This document shows, piece by piece, positions 29,301 to 41,300 of a stretch of DNA of 64,000 bases. The notes beneath the pieces were generated by a model, which did not search any database, had not been told where the DNA came from, and saw only the letters and a list, made by a program, of their open reading frames with translations. The translations under genes and the position numbers were made by a program. Within the stretch, counting starts at the first letter, position 1. Every line of letters begins with the position of its first letter. The stretch covers positions 620,670 through 684,669 of the forward strand of contig NW_019091362.1 of NCBI RefSeq assembly GCF_001949145.1. The letters are read 5' to 3'. Origin of the DNA: Acanthaster planci (taxonomy: Eukaryota).

Positions 29301-32300
29301 GTGGTAGTTGCTTCCATGGATTGACTCATGTGTCTAAAGATGCAGTTTGGCACGGTACAAAAGGTATCAAGGACTTGGTTTAAGATCACATTTTTTTTCT
29401 AAATGTTCTAAAATATCTGGAATTTTCTGAAATTTCCACACAACTCATAAAACTTCTAGAAATCATGCTATCCAAAACTCAATACAGATTTCTTCACATA
29501 CCTGGTTTTTTTTCCTAGCGGATGGGGCTGTATATCTCTGGATTTGCATCATGCTGTTAACTTTCATTTACTTATGCCCCTCATTTATGCAATTTTAGTT
29601 TTTCTATTTCATCGACTTGAGCAGTCATTTTGCAGTCTTTCCAAACAGAAGTTGCCTGAGTGAAAGAGAATCCTTACTTAAACCCATTTTTTGTAGGGAT
29701 TTTTTCTAGGAGGAATAAGGTTGAAGTTTTAGAAATGCATTGGTCATGATACACTTTTACCTTTGAGTGATACATTTGCGTGCATTACTGGTAAGAGTAT
29801 CCTGTCTTCATTGTATACATTTACAAGCAAAATGCAAATGTTGAACACAGTACCAGGGACAACAGAAAACTGTTCATTGGGTGGACATGATGCTTGAAGT
29901 AATATACATGAAGGTCCTTTGGTACCGGTGCCCTACGTACATTTAGCGCCCTGTAGCATTCATGCCAGGGTCCATTTGAATCTTTACACATCTATGATCA
30001 GTGCACTGAATTCAGTAAGTCAACAGAGAACACAATGTTTAGTACCCATATGTTTAGTTCTTGATAGTTGGTAGTCATATGCCACTGGTAGTGTTTTATG
30101 TTAGCTGGGTATATATTTAGCCATCATTTGCACACTCTAGCTGCCTATTGGTCAATTTTCATTCTCCTATTTAACCAGTCTCCTTGTAGTCTTTTCACTG
30201 GTCATTTCCGCTCACTTCTTGCTCTTTCCCTCTTTCACTGTCCTGCCCAAACGCACGCCGGTTTTTGTTTTTTAGTTGAATGGGAATGGGACTTTGACGG
30301 GGACCAGCTAATGTGCGGTAAGCTTCACCTTGGCAACACTTCTTTTTTCCCCTCTCATTCTTTGTGTAGATTTGCTGTTTTCATGTATTCTAGATGTTGG
30401 ATGTGTAGCACACCTTACAAAATAGACTAAGTCATCTTCGCGCTTAACCTGTAGCCTAACACAACAAAGGTGAAAATTGTATGTTTTACATGTTATATGC
30501 AAACCAAAATGATTAAATGTAGAAAATTCTGACCTAACATTTTTATTAGTGGGAAATACATCTCAACCATTAAACTTGGTTCCCATCCATTGGAATAAAC
30601 ACTTTCATCGACCTATTACTCTGTGGCTCCAAGATATCTTTGACTGCCCCAAATCCTTTAAGTTAGAAGTACATCCCTTCATATGTAATGATGCCTCCCT
30701 TTTGCCTATTAAATGAAAAAAGTGTATTCAGGCAAACAGGATGTTACTTTTAGTACACTGGATAAATCCACTTTCAATCTAAATGCAAAAATAGGGATTT
30801 AAATGGTTTTAATGAACTTACAAGTTTTTTCCATAGCAAAAGAACATTTCTAATCTAATTTAAAGGTTTATTTCCCCTCATGTATCATTCCAGTGTGGAT
30901 CAGTGGCTTTACTCCGAATTGAATTAGAATCTTGAATTTCATCCTTGTTTAATTGACATTCATTGGCCATCATGATTCTCTAAGGATTTTTATGGCGACT
31001 GTTTCAACCCAGATGCTACATCTATATTGAATTTGCCCTGGATAAATGTACCAAACTTAATTTGAAAAACTCTTGATGTGCCTTATCTCATCCCAACAAA
31101 ACCCACCCTCGGCATTCAGCCCGTACTGCACTCTGTTGACATTTCAAACTAATTACCTGATGCACAGTTTTGCATAATTTCGAAAGTGCTGTTTTCCATC
31201 TGTCTGCCTGCTTACACCTGAGAGCAGACAGCACCATTCGCCAGTATCAGTGAAAGAAATCATTTTGATTGGGTTTTAATGAAAGAACCAAAGCCCAACC
31301 AAGTAAATAATCCTGGCTGAGAATGCTGTCGCCACACATCTGTCTGATTGAACTAGTTATGAAGATGTTGATTGCCCTTCGTGTCTGGTTAGTCAGTAGT
31401 CCTAAATGCCCTGTATACATGCCTGCTCAATTACACAGAAGACACAGTAAATGCTACAGACTAGTCTGTGCTTGCCTATACCCACACCAAGAACATTGAT
31501 ACCCTCTGGCTGGGGGAAATAACCTGACCGTTATTGCTGCATGTCAACAGAGCGCCATCGGAAATCATCAGTTTGAAGTATTCCAGATATTACCTCATTT
31601 CAAATGTAACCATAGCCATACACAGCACCTGCATGGCCAACTTAAAATGTACAAATAACAAAGAAGAACACAGTCCAGTCAAAATAAGTCTTGTCCAAAT
31701 CTCNNNNNNNNNNNNNNNNNNNNNNNNNNNNNNNNNNNNNNNNNNNNNNNNNNNNNNNNNNNNNNNNNNNNNNNNNNNNNNNNNNNNNNNNNNNNNNNNN
31801 NNNNNNNNNNNNNNNNNNNNNNNNNNNNNNNNNNNNNNNNNNNNNNNNNNNNNNNNNNNNNNNNNNNNNNNNNNNNNNNNNNNNNNNNNNNNNNNNNNNN
31901 NNNNNNNNNNNNNNNNNNNNNNNNNNNNNNNNNNNNNNNNNNNNNNNNNNNNNNNNNNNNNNNNNNNNNNNNNNNNNNNNNNNNNNNNNNNNNNNNNNNN
32001 NNNNNNNNNNNNNNNNNNNNNNNNNNNNNNNNNNNNNNNNNNNNNNNNNNNNNNNNNNNNNNNNNNNNNNNNNNNNNNNNNNNNNNNNNNNNNNNNNNNN
32101 NNNNNNNNNNNNNNNNNNNNNNNNNNNNNNNNNNNNNNNNNNNNNNNNNNNNNNNNNNNNNNNNNNNNNNNNNNNNNNNNNNNNNNNNNNNNNNNNNNNN
32201 NNNNNNNNNNNNNNNNNNNNNNNNNNNNNNNNNNNNNNNNNNNNNNNNNNNNNNNNNNNNNNNNNNNNNNNNNNNNNNNNNNNNNNNNNNNNNNNNNNNN

Positions 32301-35300
32301 NNNNNNNNNNNNNNNNNNNNNNNNNNNNNNNNNNNNNNNNNNNNNNNNNNNNNNNNNNNNNNNNNNNNNNNNNNNNNNNNNNNNNNNNNNNNNNNNNNNN
32401 NNNNNNNNNNNNNNNNNNNNNNNNNNNNNNNNNNNNNNNNNNNNNNNNNNNNNNATTTTCGTATTGCATAAATTCTGGAATACCTAAAAGTTTTGTTGAC
32501 ACAAGTATTTTCTGAATGTTTTTCCTTTATCTTTTGTTTGTTGGTGTGTTTTTTTGCATGGCATTACTCTGTTAGTCTTGAAACCCTTTCATTCATTTCT
32601 GCAAACTTTTCTTCCCAATCCACTTCTCTTTGCTCGACCTCCCATTGCACTTTTAGTCTGTATCGCTTGTTTGTGTAAGTTTAATGGAACTGTTGCCACT
32701 GCTTAATCAGTTGGTTCAGTCAGTTTTTGTGATTGATGTAAAAAGTGTTGCAGATTTCAGCACCATAGCAACAGTCATCAACTAATCATCCCCAAGTTAG
32801 CTCAAATCGGGAGGATGTCCGGTCAAACTTTAGATAGTCTTTATTACATTGGACAAGAGCAGTCATGGAAATTGACAAAAAGCATTGATCAGATCAACAC
32901 CTTTCATCAAAATCTGAACCAACAAAGTGAAGTTGTCAACTGTCATACTCGGAACAATCTTGCAAGGACTATTGTTTGAGAAAAAAATTCTAGAATTGTC
33001 ACTTTTTTCACGAGGAACAATACTGTCCCACTCTTCTTACATTGCCCGGGTTCTCCACTAAAATAACATCACGTTTATCATTTGGGGTTTTTTTTTCTGA
33101 ACACAGCTCCTATCATCCCACTGGAAAGTGGCCTGGATTTCTCTCAGGCTCCGCCCACAGAAGTGGAAGTGCAGCCAGTGGAAGAGGAGGAGGAGGGAGA
33201 CGAAGACGATGAGGATTCGTCCGGAAATGAGGGAGGCTATGACGTGTCTCAGGACCCAGAGGAGGCTGATGAAAGGGAGAAAAGCCTAGAGGCTGACTTG
33301 AAGGAAGCCCACATGCTGGTAAGGAATGGAGTTAGAAGGGATTTACCTTAGGCGGTATAGCCCAGATTCTGTGTGCGGGGGAGTTGTTTAAGGTCGTGGA
33401 GGTAAGTAGCAGAAAGTTTCACTAGCCACTTTTTCACTAGTTTGTGAAGTAGTGTTTCAGGGAATTGTGTGGGTCGAATCATAAAGTTTTCAAATAATGC
33501 ATTCATTGAAATTTTCACTTCCGGATACTTCAATGCATGTGTCAAATGACACTTGCACTGACAGTGTCAATTCCAGGCATTTCAGCTCTAATTCTGTAGG
33601 TGGTTTTGACCCTTTTTGGCCGTGGTTCAACATGGGACATGGATGTTTGGAACTTGTTAAAACTCATGACTGTCATGGTTTGACAAAGTCTTGGGTTATC
33701 TCCATGGGAATGGGAATATTGGACCTGGCAGATTGATTGATGCTTCCATCGGAATAAAAGTCATATGGATCATTTTCAATGTACAGTATTTGTGTCTATT
33801 AATAGTATTTTAATAAGATTACTGTTTAAAGTAATGGGTAATTTGTTTTGATTGCAAGAAGCATAGACAAGACTTGAGTCTGACTCGTCTGTCCCTCTTG
33901 CTTTCATGTTTGTATCCATAGCAACAGCAGCAGGCGTGGTTTGAGCACATTCCAGACACCGACATGCTGGACACCAGCATGGAGAAATCCAAGATACAGC
34001 TGGTGACAGGCAACAACAGCATGCTGGCCAGTCGCAAGAAGCCCACCAAAGCCCACCTTGCCCAGAATGCACTGCAGTCACACAACTTGGTCATGAAGCA
34101 GCCAATCACAGAGGAGGTAAGGGAACCCAATGTGATTGGCCAGGAACACGGACACAGCCTCTGTGCACTCCTCTGTTCTTGCCTAAATTGATTCTACCAA
34201 ACTCAGGCCTCGATCTTGGGGAAAAAAGGGGCAGGCCACTTTGGCCTTGCCTTCATCAAATTTCAACAGGGCACCAGGCCAGCTCAAGGGGGCACCAAGG
34301 CCAATTATTTGTGAAACCATTGATTTACAATTTTGACCACCAATCATGTCATGAGTAAGACCTATAAGCTATTGCTCAGTTCTTGCACACCATGCCATCC
34401 CCCTTCAATAAAGGCGTTTATCATGCTGCTATTATTTGTCGCATTCCCTGTATAAAATTGTAATGTTCATTTTTAATTAATTACAATTACCCGGACGATT
34501 TTTTCCTTCCAAATCCAGCCTCTGATTTAATGCTTGCTAAGATTTTGTATCCCTTTCCCATTAGAATTCAAGGATTCCCAACCCGCTTAAACTAAGTTTA
34601 AAATATAATAAATAGTGTCTATCCTTTTATTTAAATGAAATGGGGATCCTTAAAATGTTTACTTTTTGCTAAATGGTTACGGAAAACTCCGATCTAGTCG
34701 GCATCGTGCAACTCATAAGTCGGCCTTTTGATAAAAGTACCGATCGTGTGTTGATGCTTTTCCATTGATCATTTTTAAGTGGGCCTTTATAAGCTGTTGT
34801 TTCATTTAAGTCGGCATGTTCTCTCGGTTCCTTTTCCATAAAATCACAAAAAAAATCCTCGGTATAAAGTGGGCTGTAAGCAAACGGTATTAAGGCAGCA
34901 TGCCATGTAAGTCGGCAAGCAGCACTTCGGCATTTCAAAGTCATTATTTTTTCGAGTTTATACTGAGTGCCGACTTTGCCAGAGTTTACAAGTTTATGAA
35001 TTCTTAATCCCTACTTTTTCTGGAAAACAGGTTTTCAAGCTTCTGACACTTTGAGCCCACCTGTAAGATAGCATCCTTTTAGCATTTCTTTATACGATCG
35101 TGCGATCATGACGGCATGATTTTGAGATAAAGGCCTAGGCCTAGCCAATGGTCAAAACTTATTCTTAACACAATAAGCGCTCGCCTGGTTTCCGACTTAG
35201 TTGTGCAAATTTGCATTCAAAATACGCTGCTCACCGGTGCAGAGCTGATAATGATATCCAAGGCTGCGTTCGCGCGGTTACTCCAGATAACCCAAGTGTG

Positions 35301-38300
35301 GATGCACGGGTCAGGCGTATACTCCTGGTCCTCTGTGATGGTCAGTATACTCTCGCTGACCCGAGGACGGTACTCCTACCGTTCGTGGGCTCGGGATAGT
35401 ACTCGGGTTAGCACGAGTAGGTTGAACTCGCCTCAATTCGGAATCTCATTGCATGCATTGGCTTACATGGTACACTCTCATTACACATACAGCCGGCTGC
35501 AAAGGGGGAAGGGCACGCTGGCCAAGGTGGCCGCGCGATGTGAGTCTTTTGGAAGGGTATTACGGCCAACTTGGAAGGGCACACGGTAAAGATCGAGGCC
35601 TGCAAACTGTTTCAAGTGCAAAAATAGAGATGACTCAAGATATAAATCATTTTTCATCATCTGGACACCTCCTGTAAATAAGAACTGTTCCACTTTCCAA
35701 ACTGACCGATATCTTTTCCTTGCAACTCTTCTCTCAAGGTAATTGATGAATCATAAGTTTGTGTCCTGTGGAAGCTGGCTTATTTTAACCAGGCATTTAG
35801 GGTGTCAAACTTGGAATCACTTTAGCCGAAGGTAGATGTGTAAACAGTGAAACCGAAATTGTTATTTTGATTGCAGTTCACTTTTGCTTTTGCCCTTACA
35901 TCNTTATAAGTCGGCCTTTTGATAAAAGTACCGTGTGTTGATGCATTTCCATTGATCATTTTTAAGTGGGCCTTTATAAGCTGTTGTTTCGTTCAAGTCG
36001 GCATGTTCTCTCGGTTCCTTTTCCATAAAATCACAAAAAAAATCCTCGGTATAAAGTGGGCTGTAAGCAAACAATCGATTTCTGGAGCGTCGTTGTCGAT
36101 ACTGACATGGAGTAGGCCTACATGTACATTGCATGCGCATGAGCGCGACCACAAAGGGGTTTCCCCAATATTCGCATCAATATCAGTACCCCCTCTAGTG
36201 CAGGCGCATGCACCCTGTCCCTTTTTGGGGGTCACCCTATTGAACAAAGTTTTATTTGCGGCCAGCCCCCAAGATCTTGCGTGCACACGCGCCGTGCCGG
36301 TGCATGATATGTGTGCTGTGCATGCTAGCATTATGTCAGTACAAACGGCATGCACGGGTCGTCCTCAGTACGGACGGAGCGATGATCAAAATCGAGGACA
36401 AACTTACCTGAATCAACAACAGAGATAGAAATAAACCAGGGCAGATCAAAGCAATTAAATTGGTGCAATGAATTATATGGATGGTATTAAGGCAGCACGC
36501 CATGTAAGTCGGCAAGCAGCACTTGGGCATTTCGAAGTCATTATTTTTTCGAGTTTAGACTGAGTGCCGACTTTGCCAGAGTTTACAAGTTTATGAATTC
36601 TTAATCCCTACTTTTTCTGGAAAACAGGTTTTCAAGCTTCTGACACTTTGAGCCCACCTGTAAGATAGCATCCTTTTAGCATTTCTTTATACGATCGTGC
36701 GATCATGACGGCATGATTTTGAGATAAAGGCCTAGGCCTAGCAAATGGTCAAAACTTATTCTTAACACAATAAGCGCTCGCCTGGTTTCCGACTTAGTTG
36801 TGCAAATTTGCATTCAAAATACGCTGCTCACCGGTGCAGAGCTGATAATGATATCCAAGGCTGCATTCGCGCAGTTACTCCAGATAACCTAAGTGTTGAT
36901 GCGCGGGTCAGGCGTATACTCCTGGTCCTCTGTGATGGGGAGTATACTCGCGCTGACCCGAGGACGGTACTCTTGCCGTTTGTGCGCTCGGGATAGTACT
37001 CGGGTTTGCACAAGTAGCTCGCTCCAATGCAGCCCAAAAGGTTGAACTCGCCCCAATTCGGAATCACACTGCATGGCTTACATGGTACACTCTCATTACA
37101 TATACAGCCGGCTGCAAAGGGGGAAGGGCACGCTGGCCAAGATGGCCATGCGATGTGAGTCTTTTGGAAGGGTATTACGGCCAACTTGGAAGGGCACACG
37201 GTAAAGATCGAGGCCTGCGAACTGTTTCAAGTGCAAAAATAGAGATGACTCAAGATATAGATCATTTTTCATCATCTGGACACCTCCTGTAAATAAGAAC
37301 TGTTCCACTTTCCAAACTGACCTATATCTTTTCCTTGCAACTCTTCTCTCAAGATAATTGATGAATCATAAGTTTGTGTCCTGTGGAAGCTGGCTTATTT
37401 TAACCAGGCATTTAGGGTGTCAAACTTGGAATCACTTTAGCCGAAGGTAGATGTGTAAACAGTGAAACAGAAATTGTTATTTTGATTGCAGTTCACTCTT
37501 GCTTTTGCCCTTACATTAACAGTCAGTTGTTTTGAAGCACTACAGGGAAGATTGTTTGAGTAACATGTATCGAGAGGCTGTTTTCAATCACCTTTTGATT
37601 TTGTTTCTGGGTCTGGTCAACTTTTGAAACAAGTCTTTAATTGTTTGTGTGGTACAAATCGAGCGTTAGTAAAATCATCGACACAGTCACTGTCCATCCA
37701 ACTTTGATGAGTTGAATCAGTGAGATATACATCTACTTGTCCGAGTGCTGTGCATTCTTTTTCTTCCTAATTGTAGAAATGTGACAGGCCTCCCTCTGTC
37801 TTCTGCTTTGACTTTCTTTATGAGAAGCTCCTGAGTCAACTGAATCACAAACCGTCGATAGTGAGTCTGTGGTCTGCCCATCCTTTTCAAGCTTGCCTGA
37901 CCAGCTAGTTGCATGCTTGAGATGAATCGCTGCATGCTGTCCAAGTTCTGATGGGGCTGTTAACCATTTCCGGGTCTATTTTACTTCCCCCAAATTCTAG
38001 CAGCGAAGCCTAGATCATTTGACAAGCAATGGCAGCCCCAGACAAGGCAGGCATCCAGTCTCTGTCCCGAATCTTCCAGTGAATGGCTCCCCCCTGCTGA
38101 GACACAGAGAAGTGTCCAGTCGGGGCTCTCCCACTTCTACCAGAGTACAGGTGCTACCAGGGGGTGCCACAGTGCCATCTAGAGATGTGAGATCATCACC
38201 CAAAGTGCCTCCAAAAAAGAAGAGTAAACCAGATATACGGGTCACGACTGGTGAATCGTCGTAAGTTGCCCTTGGTTTTTCTCTCTCTCTGCTCAATTTC

Positions 38301-41300
38301 CTCGAGAGTTTTACTGCTTCATTGGAGTAATTCTGATTTAAAAGACATACCAGCAGGTTAATATCGGGTTTTTTTTCTTGGAACCTTGGAATGAGAACAG
38401 TGACTGAATTTGACTGTATCTGAATAACATTACAACGGCTGGATAAGTCACATGGCGCCTATGGTATGGGGGGCCGCTAATTCGCGGCTATGGCTATTTG
38501 TCATAGATACATGTGTTTCTGCCAGCCACAGCCAAGTTGTTCAGACTCAGCCTTAGTAAGAAGCAGTATCAGATGACCCTTTTTTTTTACTTGGAGTTTG
38601 TTCTTTCAGAAGAGCTCTTAGCAGGAAATTTGATACCACTCTCCAAGCAATCGCAAACCAAAATTGTTATCATGGAGTTTTACCATCATTTAGCACAACC
38701 ACCAAATACAGATTGATTACTGTCATTATAACTTATACCTGTCATTTTTTTCAAGTTCTAAATATTATTCACCGATTCATCAGTGACCATAAAACATTTC
38801 TGAAGTAATGGAGGCTTTTTTTAATGTTATTTTTAATCCTTGCATTTTGTTGCACTTATTCCCATTGCATTTTCTTGCAAGCTAGTCATTCTTCTTTATG
38901 GTTCTCCCAAAAGTATGTCCCTGTTTCAGGTCATTAAACGTTTCAAAGTTTTCTCAGGGAAGTTCTTGCCGTAGTCTGGGTTAAAAAGAACTCCAAATCA
39001 AAATGGCAAAAGTTCTCTGTCAGACCTCACAAGCTGGCCCAATTTTGAAAGGCTATCTCTGTCTGTCTTGCGAGTTGATTTCTTTGCACCGCATTATTCT
39101 GCTAGCGATAAAATGTGCACATTTGTAACAAAGCCAATAATTTCTCTTGTTGGGTGCAGTACTGGTTTGCATTTTTAATTGTAGCCCTCAAAAATATCCT
39201 CCTGAAATCCTGACATCATTTCTTGGTTGCTTTCTTCCTTTTCCTTTTTGTTTTCCTGCCTTCCCTTTTTCTTTACCTCTGCTTCTTCATCTCTTGGCAT
39301 CTTACCCCCCCCCAAAAAAAATTGAAAACCTTGGCTGTCCTCAGCTTTACATACAGCCCCTGGATCCGCAGGTAAACACATCACAAAACACCTGTCATCC
39401 GTCTCTGTTAGTCCTTTCATTTCAGTTCCTTTTGGGGTTTTTTGTTTCTGGTTATTTTTTAACCCTGGATTAGATTCCCCAAGATTTTGCATGCTTTTCT
39501 GTTTGTTTGAGGGTTTTTTTTGCAGTGAGCATGGCTGTTTATTTTTCAAGAATGTGTTTGTTGTTTTTCACATTTTTAAATTTGATATTTCAGTCTTACC
39601 CTTGCTCAAAACCAACAGAGTAGCACATTTGTCAGGTTTGTCTTTTTGCCATGTACATATGAATGCTGTATTGTAAAGAGTTAGTTTGGTCTTCAAGAAA
39701 TTTGGGGGCTCTTGTTTGACCCGATTGGTTTTTTTTTTTTTTTTCATTTTTTAGTGGAAGAGATAATTAAAAATAATATTTTCTCAGAAGTTAATGACAA
39801 AAATTGCACAAGTCTGGCTCAGTAACTGGCAGGAGAGAAGACACTGAATTTCAAGTTTTTGCTTCGTAGAATATCACTTTTCTTCACATTAATGTCAAAT
39901 AATGACCCAACCCGTCCTGTATCTCGTTATTTTGGGGCCAATATACTAGCAACCCTGTAGAGTACCATATGGACGCCGTCTATAGACAGCTGATCAGGTA
40001 AGGTACCCCGTCTCCCATCCATGCATCCAAGTACAACATCTGGATTGTTGTCCTTTTATTTTTTAGTCTGAGATTATGAGATGAATCTTTCTTTGATTTG
40101 TAGGGCCTGCTGTTGATTATCGTCATGCCTGCAGCTTTTATTTTTTTTCCTTTTAGATGATGCATGTTTTTCTTGATGTAGGAAGGTCTTAAAATTTCCC
40201 TTTTCCATCCGTCAATGAATTAAACAACCTGGTATTTATAATAGTGGTGACCCATTGTTGGCACACGTTGTTAACATTCCAGAAATGTTTTTGTGTGTTT
40301 ATAAATCATACTTATTGGTGAATTGTAGTATACAGATGATGAAGATGTCACTCGTCCACTTGTCCACAACTTCCATATAATTTCAATGCACCTCAATATA
40401 CCATGGATAAATTCAGAGTGTTAAATGGAGCTTTTGAGTGACTGAAAATCTTCAAAGCCAAGATTGCCCATTCTTTCCCTATATTCAGATGGTGGATAAG
40501 ATTTTGTCCAATCTGATGAATCATTGGATGGTTGTAAGGAGAGAAAATCAAGGAGTAGTTGATAAGTTCACATGCAGCAACCAGAGTTGTAGCTATGCTG
40601 GCCAGCACCGGCCGGTGCTGGCCACTACTCAACATTACCTGCCAGCACTGGGGATGAAAGTGAAGCTTGCCAGCCAGCACAAATTAAAATGTAACTGTTC
40701 AGCATTGAGAGAGAAAATGGGTTGTTTTTATTTTTCAAAAATTGTCAAGAACAGCCGGCACTACAAAATTCCTAGCTACAACCGCGGCAGCAACCTGCTA
40801 TGTGAGATTACCTTGAAATATTATTGGACTTGGATAAGTTTCAATTTTAGTGGCGGTTGGAGATATAAGTCTTGAACTTGTGTTTATAATTAGTCAGACA
40901 GTAGATTGTTTCATTTTGCAGTTCCCTGATAATGTCAGGCTTCTTGGCAAGTTTTGCCAATCATACCTCTGCTTGCTCTCTACATCATCCAGAATCTTTG
41001 GTATCCACTCCTTTCTGGACTCTTTTAAGTTTCCATTCTTACTGACTTTCACTATGATTTCATTACAGAGCATGTTTGGAATGTTGACTGTACCATTAAC
41101 TTTGAGTAGACTAGGAATAGTATGATGGAAACTGGTGTCAAATGTGAGAGAATCCAAAATGTCAGATGAATAATAAATGTTTATGAGTGCAGTGGAAGAA
41201 TCATTTCATAACACGACAGATTGAAACTTTTTGCCGAGTGGCAGGAAACATTTTCATTATCAAATGAAATTATTCTTTCATTGTGTGAATGTGAAACTTT

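Noticed and set aside
31534..32515. Long ORFs in the track containing X runs (also at 15064, 47779 and 59025)
   Set aside because: Artefacts of translating through N gaps.
35203..37308. ORFs of 60-169 aa in the duplicated segment
   Set aside because: No recognisable domain, and reading frames are not preserved between the two copies.
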